Positions 46,557 through 60,700 of a DNA stretch of 64,000 nucleotides are shown here, piece by piece. This DNA is from Macrostomum lignano (lineage: Eukaryota): NCBI GenBank assembly GCA_002269645.1, contig NIVC01000507.1, positions 124,001 through 188,000 of the forward strand, written 5' to 3'. Each line of letters begins with the position of its first letter. The first letter of the stretch is position 1. The notes under the pieces were generated by a model. That model was given only the letters and a program-made list of their open reading frames with translations, ran no database searches and was not told the origin of the DNA. A program made the translations under genes and the position numbers.

Positions 46557-47454
46557 TACGGTGTTATCAACTTGAGCTTCTCTTATGCTACTGCATGGCT
46601 CCTCGGGGGATAGCGCTTGAGTTTTAATGCACCCGACAATCTCTGAATGAGCGGGCTGGGGTTGTACCCGATTTCTAATACCCCGATTGGCTGGTCTCGT
46701 CCGTTGTCATGTCTGCGCGTCTAGCCCAAAAACCTTCACTATTGGGTGCTCAAAAATCTACGGTTGTCTATCTCTTGGAGAGTCCGGGCCAGGCTCGCTG
46801 ATTGGTCAATCGGTGAGGTATATGGCACACCATTCGAGCATTTCCACCTCTAGTCCAGCTCAGCCCTTCGCCGTCCACACTCATGCTATGCATGGGTCTC
46901 TGAATTGTGACCCGCCCAATTCAAGGAAGAGCTAGCAAGCTGCTTCGTGGGGCTGCGTCGAACCAATGCTGGGAGGGGGTAGTGAGGAAAGGGCTGGCTA
47001 GCAGATAACTGAATCCCAAATGTGTCAATGCGTCTGACTCCCAAATCCGAAGTCGTCGAAAGTACACATGCCCACACATGCTCTGGACTGCCCAGAGCTT
47101 GTCGGGTATGATAAGCGGGAGAGCGGCGACCCCCGAGGCGTACAGATACTTCGGGGCGGAAGTGGATGGACTGGGAGCGTACAGACACTTGTCCAGCCCT
47201 ACGGCAAGAGGGAGGTGCTGATGAGGAGGCTGCGAGCAAGTAGCTACTCAGCAAGAAGCAGCAGCAGTGGTGAACACGAGACTGGAGGCGTATGGACACC
47301 TTGCAGACCCGAATAAAGAATGTGACGAGAGAAGAGAATTTGGAAGATGACAAATTTTAAATGACAAATAGATACAGTCTTACACTGTCACTTGACGCGC
47401 TTATACAGGGGCTAAGCCATGCAGGGCTGTTAGGGGTGGGCAAAAATCACACAG

Positions 47455-48180
47455 TTGAAGGGCGAGAGAGAAAGAAGGGGGAGGCTAGCCAATCAGGGTG
47501 CCTCCGCGGCGAGAGACATGATTGGATTAGCCCAAACGAGAGGGAAAGAAGGGGGAGGCTAGCCAATCAGGTGCCTCCGCGGCGAGAGACATGATTGGAT
47601 TAGCCCAAACGAGAGGGAAAGAAGGGGGAGGCTAGCCAATCAGATGCCTCCGCGGCGAGAGACATGATTGGACTGGCCCAAACGAGAGGGAAAGAAGGGG
47701 GAAGGCTAGCCCATCAGGTGCCTCCGCGGCGAGAGACATGATTGGACTGGCCCAAACGAGAGGGAAAGAAGGGGGAGGCTAGCCAATCAGGTGCCTCCGC
47801 GGCGAGAGACATGATTGGATTAGCCCAAACGAGAGGGAAAGAAGGGGGAGGCTAGCCAATCAGATGCCTCCGCGGCGAGAGACATGATTGGACTGGCCCA
47901 AACGAGAGGGAAAGAAGGGGGAAGGCTAGCCAATCAGGTGCCTCCGCGGCGAGAGACATGATTGGACTGGCCCAAACGAGAGGGAAAGAAGGGGGAAGCT
48001 AGCCAATCAGGGTGCCTCCGCGGCGAGAGACATGATTGGATTAGCCCAAACGAGAGGGAAAGAAGGGGGAAGGCTAGCCAATCAGGTGCCTCCGCGGCGA
48101 GAGACATGATTGGACTGGCCCAAACGAGAGGGAAAGAAGGGGGGAGCTAGCCAATTAGATGCCTCCGTGGCGAGAGACAT
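47455..48180. repeat. 73-bp tandem repeat, about 10 copies, each with two opposed CCAAT boxes
   Basis: Unit starts e.g. 47558 and 47631; AGCCAATCAG and GATTGG in each unit. Confidence 0.95.
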
Positions 48181-51100
48181 GTCACGTTATTGGCGTAGCG
48201 GCTATGGCTGTGACCCTTAAAAGGGCCGTTTTAACAAGCGTTGCAGTAAGTCGTAGTCTCAAAATAAGTTGAAGTCAACTCTTGTAAAGCGGATTTTGTA
48301 GCGGAGCACGTGGCGATAAAGGCAGGAACTGCCGTAGTTGTTTTTATTGTTAATATCAATGTTAGGTTTGGTTGTTACTAGCAATACACAAACTAGAGCT
48401 TTCTGGGCACTGGCGGCTGCAACAATGGGTTGAATATAATTTGGATATGAAGTCAAGTGGCAGGCGAATGATGCGATGGCGCCGTAACGTGAGGAGCAAT
48501 GGCAATGAGCACAGTGAAGGCCGTGAGACGCAGTGGCGAGATTGGCGTCAGCCGTGGCGTGAGGCAGTCAAGTAAGCGTGTGAGTAGGCTGGCCCAGACA
48601 GAGGGGCCGTGGCGAGAAATAAGGAGGCTCGAGGCAGCCAGACAAGAACGCAAAAACACACAGGGCCAAGGACACACAGGGAGGAACCGACAAGCACAGA
48701 AAGGGGCAGATAAGAACAGAAGTGAGGAGTGCCCGCCGCCAGGCGGGGGGTTAATAAAGGAGCGCAGAGGGGGGTAGCGCGAAGCACGAGTGATTTTCAT
48801 TGGCTGGCGAGAGAACTTAAAATTATCGATCGTGCCAATTTTATACGGTCGCGAGAGAGGATAGCAAAATATACAGTGAATTAGAAATTGCCACAAAATC
48901 GTTGGGCACTACTACAAGTAAACGTCGCAATAAACAAATGGGAAAGTTTAGTTGAAACGGTAAAACTGAAGGGTTGAAACTATAGAGAAACAGCAGTCCA
49001 ACGGCCCTTTTCGGGACCACCTTAAACTGACAACGTCACAGACATGATTTGACTGGCCCAAACGAGAGAGAGACGAAAAGACGCCAGCAGCCAATGAAAA
49101 TTAAAACAAGAAAAGTAAAACGAAGAATGGCTGCTCAAGACGGAGGGGGCAGATCAGAATGAACCAGCCGCAGGGAGAGGAGAGACGAGAATGCAAGGGT
49201 GGGGGCAAGGGAATTGTGAAATGCAGCTCAAAACAGAACCAAGAAGTTGCGGCACGAGAGTCAGACGCGTTTACCGATAAGCTAACCTGCCCCTCAACTC
49301 GACAATTTTAGATTAATATAGCTGCGGGAAGATTTTAGTATTTGATGTTGAAGGCCGTGACTAGTCCTTGACCTCCGTTACCAAGCAACCCTGATGACGT
49401 CACCCGTCAGCCACGCTGTGATTGGACGAGAAATTGGGGTGGGGCGCAGCGAAAAAATGACTTTGTGGTGGAGGATTTTACGTAACAGACAGAAAAAGGT
49501 TGGGGAGATAGGTTATAAAACTATCACACGCATGAAGGATTTCAACAAACAATTTAGAAAGGAGATGGGGTTTGGTGCGCGGGGGAGTGGGGTGGGAGAT
49601 AAGCATGATTCATCGTATCACGGTTGTGTGGGGCGCGAGTGTCAATGTGCCATCCTTTACGTTGACAACACGCCCCCGACAATTCCGTCATTGCGGTACA
49701 ACCTGAAATCCGTCAGCAGCCAATAGGTAGGCTTCGTAGTCTGAAACATGAACCCACATGAACCCAATGGGTTCAGAAGTTCTATAAACACAGGAGTTCC
49801 GATCGCCGGTCCAAAAGAGTTATATTTCTCAGCTCCCAAATAAGAGATTTACCGACCAGGAAAGTCCAGGAGGTGGATATGGCCGCTCGCCCGGTAGTCC
49901 TTAGGCAGTGGACGGACGAGCTGGCGAAAACTCTCGGGCCTGAAAACGTCCGGAAAGAAAGATCCGTCCGTTTGGGCCGAGGTAGGTGAGCCTGTACTGA
50001 GTAACTACAGGCGGCCCCCTAGTTGACAATCTTACAAACTGACTTGTCAGATCTGATTTCTCTTGAATAGTCTTATTAAATCTTCTCAGATCTGTTCAGA
50101 AAATGTAAGTGACAGATAAAAATCTATGATTAGTATGTTTTGTATGCAAACAATATTTTCCTGCTTTAAAAGTCGAAAAAGCTTTTATAATGTGATAATT
50201 TAATTCACTAATTCACAGTTTAGTTGATCTAACAGATTTCGCAAGGTGATAATGCAAGTTGCGATTGCATATGTATCGAAGGGAAAATTTATAATAGGTA
50301 AAAGGAGTACTGCACAGCAGAATTGTATTACATATAAAATTTCAGCATGATGTGTTTCATTTTTACAGTTTAGTAATCTTAAACTGATATTCCTATGTAC
50401 ATGTGTACACATATGTAGTCATTTTTACACTGTCGTAAAATATTTGCTAAATGTATAAGAAACTATAAAAACGTATTTGTACACTTAAGTAATATATAAT
50501 AGTTGTATTTACTTATCTAAATGGGCAAATTGGCAAGTTTATAAATGAAAAATGTGCCCTGTTTGTTTTAACTATGTTTTCTTTTAAATAGGCTTCTGCT
50601 GTATTTACTTTCGTAGATCGATTTATCGGATATTCATCTAGGCTTACAAATTTACCAACGCGTCTGCTAATTTGTAGGCCTAAGCCTATGAAAAGTTTTT
50701 TGCTACTTTCTATTTTAATTTTTCAGTAAATACTTTATTTGCAATGCAAGTGACAAGAGCAGCCATTAATGGCCCGAGTCCAGGAAATGAAGCTAAAGTC
50801 TTTGTGTCTTTGTACTGCATTCTGTGCTGTGGTAGCAGTACTAAGAATTTTTTACAAATCTTCAAGCTAACAGACACTCGATTTTCATCATGTTCTTTAG
50901 AAGCACGCCTGCGTTGAGATTTTGTAAGTATGGAGCTCTACATTGTTAATTAGAGAAAAAATGATGATAAGCATTGGCCTAGCCCCCATGGTCAGGAAGG
51001 TGCAGCGTGTGCGCCGGAATAACATCCATCAAAATTTTTGTTGTGCGCCGCGTGCGCCGAGAAAAAAAAATTACTTGTGCGCCATGCACTGAGAAAAATA

Positions 51101-51693
51101 CACTTAAAAAAGCACCATCAAGTATTAAGTATCTAAATTGAATCAATACCAATGGAAGTTCAAGCAGTTCAATCATAGCTTCTATTTGCAAAATATAAGC
51201 AAAAAGACGCAACAAAAGCCGCGAAAGGCGCAAATTTGTTAAGTTTGTTAAGTTGATTAATGAAATTTGAAATAGAAACAACATTGGAAATAACGACTAT
51301 CGTATCGACTATCATTTATTTTATTGATTGATTGACATTTAATATACAATATCATTATTATATTGTCACGTACACTGACGTACCTTGTGCGCCATGCGCC
51401 GAGCCATGCACCGATGCACCGAGCCATGCGCCGATGCGCCGAGCCCATGCGCGCGGCGCAGTGAAGTGTGCACCGTGCGCCGGCAAATTGCTGATTTGTG
51501 CCGGAAAATTCCGAGGATTCTACCGTCTTCCTGGCTGTGGCCTAGCCCTAGCCTACCTAGCCTAAGCCAAGCCCTAGGCACATGATGAAGATGGCCACAG
51601 CTCTAAATATCTAAATAGATCATAGGCCTAGGTCTATATATTTCCTCATTTCCTATTATTAGTATAATGGAGATAAGTAAGGGAGATAAGTAC

Positions 51694-52304
51694 CCCTATT
51701 GGAATAAATGTTAAAAACCCGCGGACGCGCGCTTTAGAATAGAGTCAAATTATTTTCCCGCGCTTTAGGATAATTAGAGATGTCCCGAAAGAGCAGTTTC
51801 CTCGAAATCAAAATTCGTTAACTTTCCAAACTCAAAATTGAAATTTTCCGAAATCAAAACGCAGAAAAACAAAGTTTAGTATGACCAATACTCACTTTTT
51901 ACATTCGATTTACTGCTTATGCAAAATGAAATACACGTAGATGTAGCAGAAATTACTGCTTTTTTAGCGATTTTTGACTTTTCGATTTTAGCTTCCAAAT
52001 TTTGACTTCTAATTTTATTCGAAATTGAAATTTGCTCTTAATAAAAATTCTAATTTTGGAAAATTCAAATTGAAATTTCGGAACATCTCTAAGCTTTATA
52101 AATTATAAGTGTATAGGCCCCTTCCACAGAGGTATTAGATGACCCCTTTCCATGCATATGTATTTGCTAGAGCAGCAGCCAGCAAGAAAAGGCAGCGCGC
52201 GCACGCCGCGCAGGCGCTGCGCGCCTGTGCGCGCGCCGCGCTTTAGAAAAATTTCAAAAGTGCGCCGGACGCCGTCCGCGGATTTACAACTTTTTCCTAT
52301 AGGG
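51694..52304. mobile_element. Non-autonomous TIR element (611 bp)
   Basis: Imperfect ~34-bp TIR CCCTAT[T/A]GGAA[T/A]AA..CCGCGGACG; 8-bp TSD ATAAGTAC at 51686-51693 and 52305-52312. Confidence 0.75.
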
Positions 52305-55149
52305 ATAAGTACTACTGTACTAGGGCATATATATATATATAAAATGGAATTAGATTAGGCCTAACCAAACAAAAACTTGAAAAAACAATTTTGTATTGTG
52401 AATAAAGTCTAAAAATCTGTTATTGCATGATATTTATATATTCAATTATAATTAAACTTCATAATTTACATAATGATGGCACTAGGGGGGGCCTAAGTTA
52501 TGAATTAATATTAAAAAGTTGATAATACAGAGATTAAAAAATTCTATGCTGTAGCCATCTTGGACTTGGTTTTACACCCTACATGTATCACTAAGCCATG
52601 TTGCCCTTCCATTGTCATTTTATCCTAGTTTGGTTTTCACATTTTTTTTTCTAATTTTGACCTAGACCTAATTTTTTAAAAGTATTTGGGCTAAAAATAT
52701 TGCAGTGAAGTATAATTTGCATATTTAAAAACATTAAGGCAAAACCTTTATGCTTTTTAATCATTGGGACAGATATTTTAAACCAAATGTGTAGTGTATA
52801 AAGGCATTGTCCAGTGTCCAAGCCATTAATTCTTTTATACCCGCAGCCACAGAGCCAACAAATCTGCTGTCAAGTTTGATTGATATGGTAAATCATCAGA
52901 TTTTAGAAAGAAGCAAACAAATGCTTTCAAGAAATCATGCAAAATATTGATTTTAACCTACCTGCAACTTGAGTAAGTATTGTGCATATTTCTCTGAAAA
53001 GTACTAGTGTATTTCATTATCATTATTTCAATTATTGTATATGTATACTCCACTTTATTTTTATTTCAAGATGCTTTTCGGGCTTGCTATGGACAGACAC
53101 TGGAGAGCTACTTGGCTGTTGCTCAACCAAGCATCTAGATATTGTGCCAGGACAAGTGTCAAGAAGCACAGGTGTCAGCAGGCCAATCTGCCAATGGCCG
53201 CAGCAGATGGCACTATGAATGGTGCTTGACTTGGTGTGTCAGTTTTTATAAAATTCTTCTTTAACTTCAAAGTTTCGGATTTGTTTGTTTTTTATGTAAT
53301 GCACTTAAGACACAAAATTAAAAAAGTAAGGTAAAAAATTACAGTTGCTTTTAACTTTTTGATTGATTAATTAACTAACTGCAGGTAAAACTTGAAGGAA
53401 TTTTAAAAGTTTCCTTCATAAAGACGTCAATTAAAACAATTTTTGCTGTTGGTTTTAGTGCTAAATATTTAAATAGAAGTACTGGTATAATAGTGAGTTA
53501 AACATCTTTTAATTGTTATTAAATTGTTATGCAGTGCTTAAAAGACCTTGCTTTTTGGTTTAGTTGTGACTGCATTTGCAGATGAATTTTGTTTGCATGT
53601 TTCTTTGTGCCAATTTTTCTGTCCTAAATAAATTGCCAAAGTTGATTTTTGGTTTTCTAATGCCTACAGTCTGTCTTGAATATAATTAAATGACAATAAT
53701 AAATGCTTTTTTCTAATAAATCCAACCTTATATTAAATTATTTATTGCTGTACATAAACACAAATATAAAGCTTTTTAAGCAACTAATTGTTTATATTCT
53801 TTTTCCTTTTATTAATATTCGAGAATCAAAGAACCAAAAATGCTGACCATTGAATTCTGCATAGATAAACATATGCAAAATTTCCTGCGATTTCTTGCCA
53901 GATCTTACCCAACTCTTGTCAAATCTTACAGGATACCTTAAGTAAGATCGTATAATTTCTTTGGAATTATTGAAGGAATTGGTAAGTCAGATTTTGTAAG
54001 ATTTGGCAAGTCATTGTCAACTAGGGGGGGGCATTCACGAGGCGTTTGACGGGGATTCACCTTGACTGACCAGCTCTACAAGAGCTCTAAGTCTCTAGGG
54101 ACGTTTCTTTGGAACCTGCGGTTAGCCTCCACATGTACATACAGTAAGTCTTTGTGTAGGCTCTTTTACACCGATACAATGACAAGTCAAAAAACGGTCA
54201 TTATTACACCAATTCAGCAACTTCAACCTTCATTTGTTTCAAACTGATACATGTAAGAGCAGGCATATTACATGTACTTTGTTTCTTGGCAGTTTTGGAA
54301 TTTATGTCCTCTGTACGCGTAATAAATGTACATCATACTATCTGCCCAAGTGACCAACCAGTTCGCCCAACCCATCTCTCTTTCTCTCGTCCAATCAAAT
54401 CTATTAATAAATAATTAACTGGAATGGAAGTGTGAAGGTTAAAAATCGATAAAATCGTATGGATTGTTTATCGCGTGGCTTGAGTTTACACCAGGCCCGC
54501 ATACTACTGTCAGTAGCTGATTCTTGTCCCAATAGGTTTAGATGGTCTGGAGAAAAATGATAAAACCGTAGCAAACATTCCGCGTATCATTTTTAAAAAA
54601 TCGGATGACAATTACAAATTAGCTATTGAGAAGAAGCAATAAATTTTATAATGTCAAAAAGATTTCGGTTTTGTAGACAAAACCAAGAACCGGCACCCAT
54701 CACCCTTCAGTTAATATTGATTGGTCAAACGTTTAAGTTTGTTAATGAACGCAAATTACCATTTTAAAGGTTTTAAATAAAAGTGTTTTTCAGGCTAATA
54801 TATATACAAATCAAAACACAACTTATGATTAAAATAATGCTGAATTTACAAGAGTATAGTGAATGGTTAGCAAGAGAAGATTATTAAAAATGCAAGATAC
54901 AACACAAACACGCGCATAACTACATCAACAAAAATTGATTAATGATCACAATCTCAATAGTTCCAGATCTGACTAGAATTCATCATCAAAAGTCATTAGA
55001 CGGTTTTTAACTGAAGTTGAAATGATGAAAAATGACTCGAAATTCATGCACAACGAAGCCAGTACAGTAAAGTCAGTATATACTTCTTATTGATTAGCAT
55101 AACAATACTTAACAACCGGACTCTCCACCGACCCTGGATCTCAAGCGAT

Positions 55150-57645
55150 TTTTTATCCTAGATCACCAATCCCGGATCTCTGACCTGGGATCTCTGACCC
55201 TAGATCAGTGACCCGGGATCTCTGACCCGGGATCTCTGACCCGGGATCTCTGACCCTAGATCTCTGACCCGGGATCTCTGACCCTAGATCAGTGACCCGG
55301 GATCTCTGACCCGGGATCTCTGACCCTAGATCTCTGACCCGGGATCTCTGACCCTAGATCAGTGACCCGGGATCTCTGACCCTAGATCAGTGACCCGGGA
55401 TCTCTGACCCGGGATCTCTGACCCTAGATCAGTGACCCGGGATCTCTGACCCGGGATCTCTGACCCTAGATCAGTGACCCGGGATCTCTGACCCTAGATC
55501 AGTGACCCGGGATCTCTGACCCTAGATCAGTGACCCGGGATCTCTGACCCGGGATCTCTGACCCTAGATCAGTGACCCGGGATCTCTGACCCGGGATCTC
55601 TGACCCTAGATCAGTGACCCGGGATCTCTGACCCTAGATCAGTGACCCGGGATCTCTGACCCGGGATCTCTGACCCTAGATCAGTGACCCGGGATCTCTG
55701 ACCCTAGATCAGTGACCCGGGATCTCTGACCCGGGATCTCTGACCCTAGATCAGTGACCCGGGATCTCTGACCCTAGATCAGTGACCCGGGATCTCTGAC
55801 CCTAGATCAGTGACCCGGGATCTCTGACCCTAGATCAGTGACCCGGGATCTCTGACCCTAGATCAGTGACCCGGGATCTCTGACCCGGGATCTCTGACCC
55901 TAGATCAGTGACCCGGGATCTCTGACCCGGGATCTCTGACCCTGGATCTCTGACCCTGGATCTCTGACCCGGGATCTCTGACCCTGGATCTCTGACCCTG
56001 GATCTCTGACCCGGGATCTCTGACCCTGGATCTCTGACCCTGGATCTCTGACCCTGGATCTCTGACCCTGGATCTCTGACCCTGGATCTCTGACCCGGGA
56101 TCTCTGACCCTGGATCTCTGAACCTGGATCTCTGACACGGGATGTCTGACCCGGGATCTCTGACCCTGGATCTCTGAACCGGGATCTCTGACCCTGGATC
56201 TCTGACCCGGGATCTCTGACCCTGGATCTCTGACCCTGGATCTCTGACCCGGGATCTCTGACCCTGGATCTCTGACCCTGGATCTCTGACACGGGATGTC
56301 TGACCCTGGATCTCTGACCCTGGATCTCTGACACGGGATCTCTGAACCGGGATCTCTGACCCTGGATCTCTGACACGGGATCTCTGAACCTGGATCTCTG
56401 ACCCCTGATCTTTGACCCTGGATATCACTGACCCTGGATATTTTTGACCCTGAATCACCAATCCTGGATTTCTGACCCTGGATCTCTGACCCTGGATCTC
56501 TGACACGGGATCTCTGACCCAGTATCTCTGACCCTGGATCTCTGACACGGGATCTCTGAACCGGGATCTCTAACCTGGATCTCTGACACGGGATCTCTGA
56601 ACCTGGATCTTTGACCCCTGATCTTTGACCCTGGATATCACTGACCCTGGATTTTTTTGACCCTGAATCACCAATCCTGGATTTCTGACCCTGGATCTCT
56701 GACCCTGGATCTCTGACCCTGGATCTCTGACACGGGATCTCTGACCCAGTATCTCTGACCCTGGATCTCTGACACGGGATCTCTGAACCGGGATCTCTAA
56801 CCTGGATCTCTGACACGGGATCTCTGAACCTGGATCTTTGACCCTGGATATCACTGACCCTGGATATTTTTGACCCTGAATCACCAATCCTGGATTTCTG
56901 ACCCTGGATCTCTGACCCTGGATCTCTGACCCTGGATCTCTGACACGGGATCTCTGACCCAGTATCTCTGACCCTGGATCTCTGACACGGGATCTCTGAC
57001 CAGGGATCTCTGACCCTGGATCTCTGACACGGGATCTCTGACCAGGGATCTCTGAACCTGGATCTCTGAACCTGGATCTCTGACCCCTGATCTTTGACCC
57101 TGGATATCTCTGACGCCGGATATCACTGACCCTGAATTACCAATCCTGGATTTCTGACTCGGGATCGCTGACCCCTGATCTTTGACCCCGGATCGCTAAA
57201 CCCAGGATCTTTGACCCGGGATCTCTGAACCTGGATCTCTGAACCTGGATCTCTGAACCTGGATCTCTGACCCCTGATCTTTGACCCTGGATATCTCTGA
57301 CGCCGGATATCACTGACCTTGGATATCTCTGACCCTGGATCTTTGACCCTAGATCTCTGACCATAGATCTCTGACCCCGGATCTCTGACCCTGAATTTGA
57401 CCCTGGATTTCTGACCCGGGATCTCTGACCCTGGATCTCTGACCCTGGATCCTTGAACCTGGATCTCTGACTCGGGATCTCTGACCCTGGATCTTTGACC
57501 CTAGATCTCTGACCCTAGATCCTTGACAAGGGATTCCTGACCAAGGATCTCTGACACGGAATCCCTGAGCTTGGGTCTCTGAGCCTGGATCACTGACCCT
57601 GGATTTCTGACCTTGGACCTCCGACCATAGAACTCCGACCCTAGA
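55150..57645. repeat. 14-bp satellite GGATCTCTGACCC[G/T] downstream of the nuclear receptor
   Basis: 2.5-kb array, more degenerate toward the gene. Confidence 0.97.
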
Positions 57646-57732
57646 TCTTCAGCACAGATGCAAGTGTAGGAATGTTAAACGCATGGGCCAAACACACTGC
57701 CGCAAGTCAGTGTCTGGTCTCTGCAGCCGGTC

Positions 57733-60700
57733 TCAGCCCTGCAAGCTGTCCCGCATCAGGCCCAGCAGCTGTTCCTGCGGCAGCGCCTGAACAGCGCCAA
57801 ACAGAGACAGCCAGGCGCGCCCGGCCCGCGCCAACGGACCGGCCAGGAGCTCCGCGCACCTGTTGTATCGTTCCGCGAAATCGTGCGGCCCAACCGAGTA
57901 CAGGTGAGCGTAGAGAGCCCCAGCTAGGCGGCTGAGAGACTCCAGCCTGGCCGACTGGCAGCTCGGACAGGCGCCAGCTTCGGCCGAACTCGGTGCCAGA
58001 CCGGACAGCGCCGCGACAAGCGCTACCGCCGTCTCGTCGCCGAGACTCCAGTCGGCCAGGCAGACAACGGCCGGGCACAGTTCGGCGAGGCTACCGACGC
58101 CTTCGGGCGCGCCGGCGGCTAGCGAGTCGCACAGTCGACGCAGCGGCAGTCGAAGTCGAGCGTCGGCAAACAGGCGCAACTCGTCATCGTGTCGGCTGTA
58201 GGCCAGGCAAGTTAACGGTGCGGCGCCGAACGCCAGAGCGGCGCGGAGGTGGCCGCTGAGGCAGCAGGCGCCCATGCCCGAGGCGCATCCGGCAAAGAAG
58301 CCGGTGAGACGGCGCAGAGCGGCGATAGCCTGTTATTAGCAAAGCAACTGTGTAATCTACTTGGCTAAATGTGTAATATACCTGGCTAAGTGTGTAATCT
58401 ACTTGGCTAAATGTGTAATCTACCTGGCTAAGTGTGTAATCTACCTGGCTAAGTGTGTAATTTACCTGGCTAAGTGAGTAATTTACCTGGCTAAGTGTGT
58501 AATCTACCTGACTAAGTGTGTAATTTACCTGGCTAAGTGTGTAATTAACCTGGCTAAGTGTGTAATTTACCTGGCTAAGTGTGTAATTTACCTGGCTAAG
58601 TGTGTAATCTACCAGACTAAGTGTGTAATCTACCTGGCTAAGTGGGTAATCTACCTGGCTAAGTGTGTAATCTACCTGGCTAAGTGTGTAATCTACCAGA
58701 CTAAGTGTGTAATTTACCTGGCTAAGTGTGTAATTTACCTGGCTAAGTGTTTAATCTACCTGGCTAAGTGTGTAATTTACCTGGCTAAGTGTGTAATCTA
58801 CCTCGCTAAGTGTTAAATCTACCTGGCTAAGTGTGTAATCTACTTGGCAAAGTGTGTAATTTAACTGGCTAAGTGTGTAATCTACCTGGCTGTGTTTGAT
58901 CTACTTGGCTAAGTGTGTAATCTACTTGGCTAAGTGTGTAATTTACCTGGCTAGGTGTGTAATCTACCTGGCTAAGTGTGTAATCTACCTGGCTAAGTGG
59001 GTAATCTACCTGGCTAAGTGTGTAATCTACCTGACAAAGTGTTTAATCTACCTGGCTAAGTGTGTAATCTACCCGACTAAGTGTGTAATCTACGTGGCTG
59101 TGTTTGATCTACTTGGCTAAGTGTGTAATCTACTTGGCTAAGTGTGTAATTTACCTGGCTAGGTGTGTAATTTACCTGGCTAAGTGCGTAATCTACCTGG
59201 CTAAGTGTGTAATCTACCTGACAAAGTGTTTAATCTACCTGACTAAGTGTGTAATCTACGTGGCTGTGTTTGATCTACCTGGCTAAGTGTGTAATCTACC
59301 TGGCTAAGTGTGTAATCTACCTGGCTAAGTGTGTAATCTACTGACAAAGTGGGTAATCTACCTGGCTAAGTGGGTAATCTACCTGACTAAGTGGGTAATC
59401 TACCTGGCTAAGTGTGTAATTTACCTGGCTAGGTGTGTAATTTACCTGGCTAAGTGTGTAATCTACCTGGCTAAGTGTGTAATTTACCTGGCTAAGTGAG
59501 TAATTTACCTGGCTAAGTGTGTAATCTACCTGACCAAGTGTGTAATTTACCTGGCTAAGTGTGTAATTAACCTGGCTAAGTGTGTAATTTACCTGGCTAA
59601 GTGTGTAATTTACCTGGCTAAGTGTGTAATCTACCAGACTAAGTGTGTAATCTACCTGGCTAAGTGGGTAATCTACCTGGCTAAGTGTGTAATCTACCTG
59701 GCTAGGTGTGTAATTTACCTGGCTAAGTGTGTAATCTACCAGACTAACTGTGTAAACTACCTGGATAAGTGTTTAATTTACTTGGCTAAGTGTGTAATCT
59801 ACCTAGCCAAGTGTGTAATCTACCTGGCTAAGCGTGTAATCTACCTGGCTAAGTGTGTAATCTACCTAGCCAAGTGTGTAATCTACCTGGCTTAGAGTGC
59901 AATTTACCTGGCTAAGTGTGTAATCTACCTAGCCAAGTGTGTAATCTACCTGGCTAAGTGTTTAATTAATCTAGCCAGGTGTGTAATCGATCTAGCCAGG
60001 TGTGTAATCGATCTAGCCAGGTGTGTAATCGATCTAGCCAGGTGTGTAATCGATCTAGCCAGGTGTGTAATCAATCTAGCCAGGTGTGTAATCCATCTAG
60101 ACAGGTGTGTAATCCATCTAGACAGGTGTGTAATCCATCTAGACAGGTGTTTAATCCATCTATACAGGTGTGTAATCCATCTAGCCAGGTGTGTAATCCA
60201 TCTAGACAGGTGTTAAATCCATCTATACAGGTGTGTAATCTATCTAGACAGGTGTGTAATCCATCTAGACAGGTGTGTAATCCATCTAGACAGGTGTGTA
60301 ATCCATCTAGACAGGTGTGTAATCCATCTAGACAGGTGTGCAATCCATCTAGGCAGGTGTGTAATCCATCTAGGCAGGTGTGTAATCCATCTAGACAGGT
60401 GTGTAATCCATCTGGCATCCAGGCATCAGACGTCCCTAACCTGAAGGCAGGCGTGGCCAGCCAGAGGCGGCACCGACTGCGAAACGCCAGAGTTGTCGGC
60501 GGCAGCAACTGCGCCCCGACTCGGCGGTTCCAGCGACAGCCCGGCGGGCCCAAATCGACGGTAGAGCGACAGAACGCTGGAGGTCAGGGCGAGCCGCTCC
60601 GGCCGCGCCTCCAGACTGCCCGGTTGGCGGGCTACGGCGGCGAACGCGGAACGAAGATTGGCCTCCTCCACAGCCGGATCGGACAGCAGGCCTTGCAGAG

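Noticed and set aside
48219-49011. 12-bp inverted repeat AAAAGGGCCGTT/AACGGCCCTTTT as a MITE
   Set aside because: No TSD and the repeat is short enough to be chance.
55835-57364. RSRVRDPGSEIQGQ repeat ORFs
   Set aside because: Translation of the 14-bp satellite.
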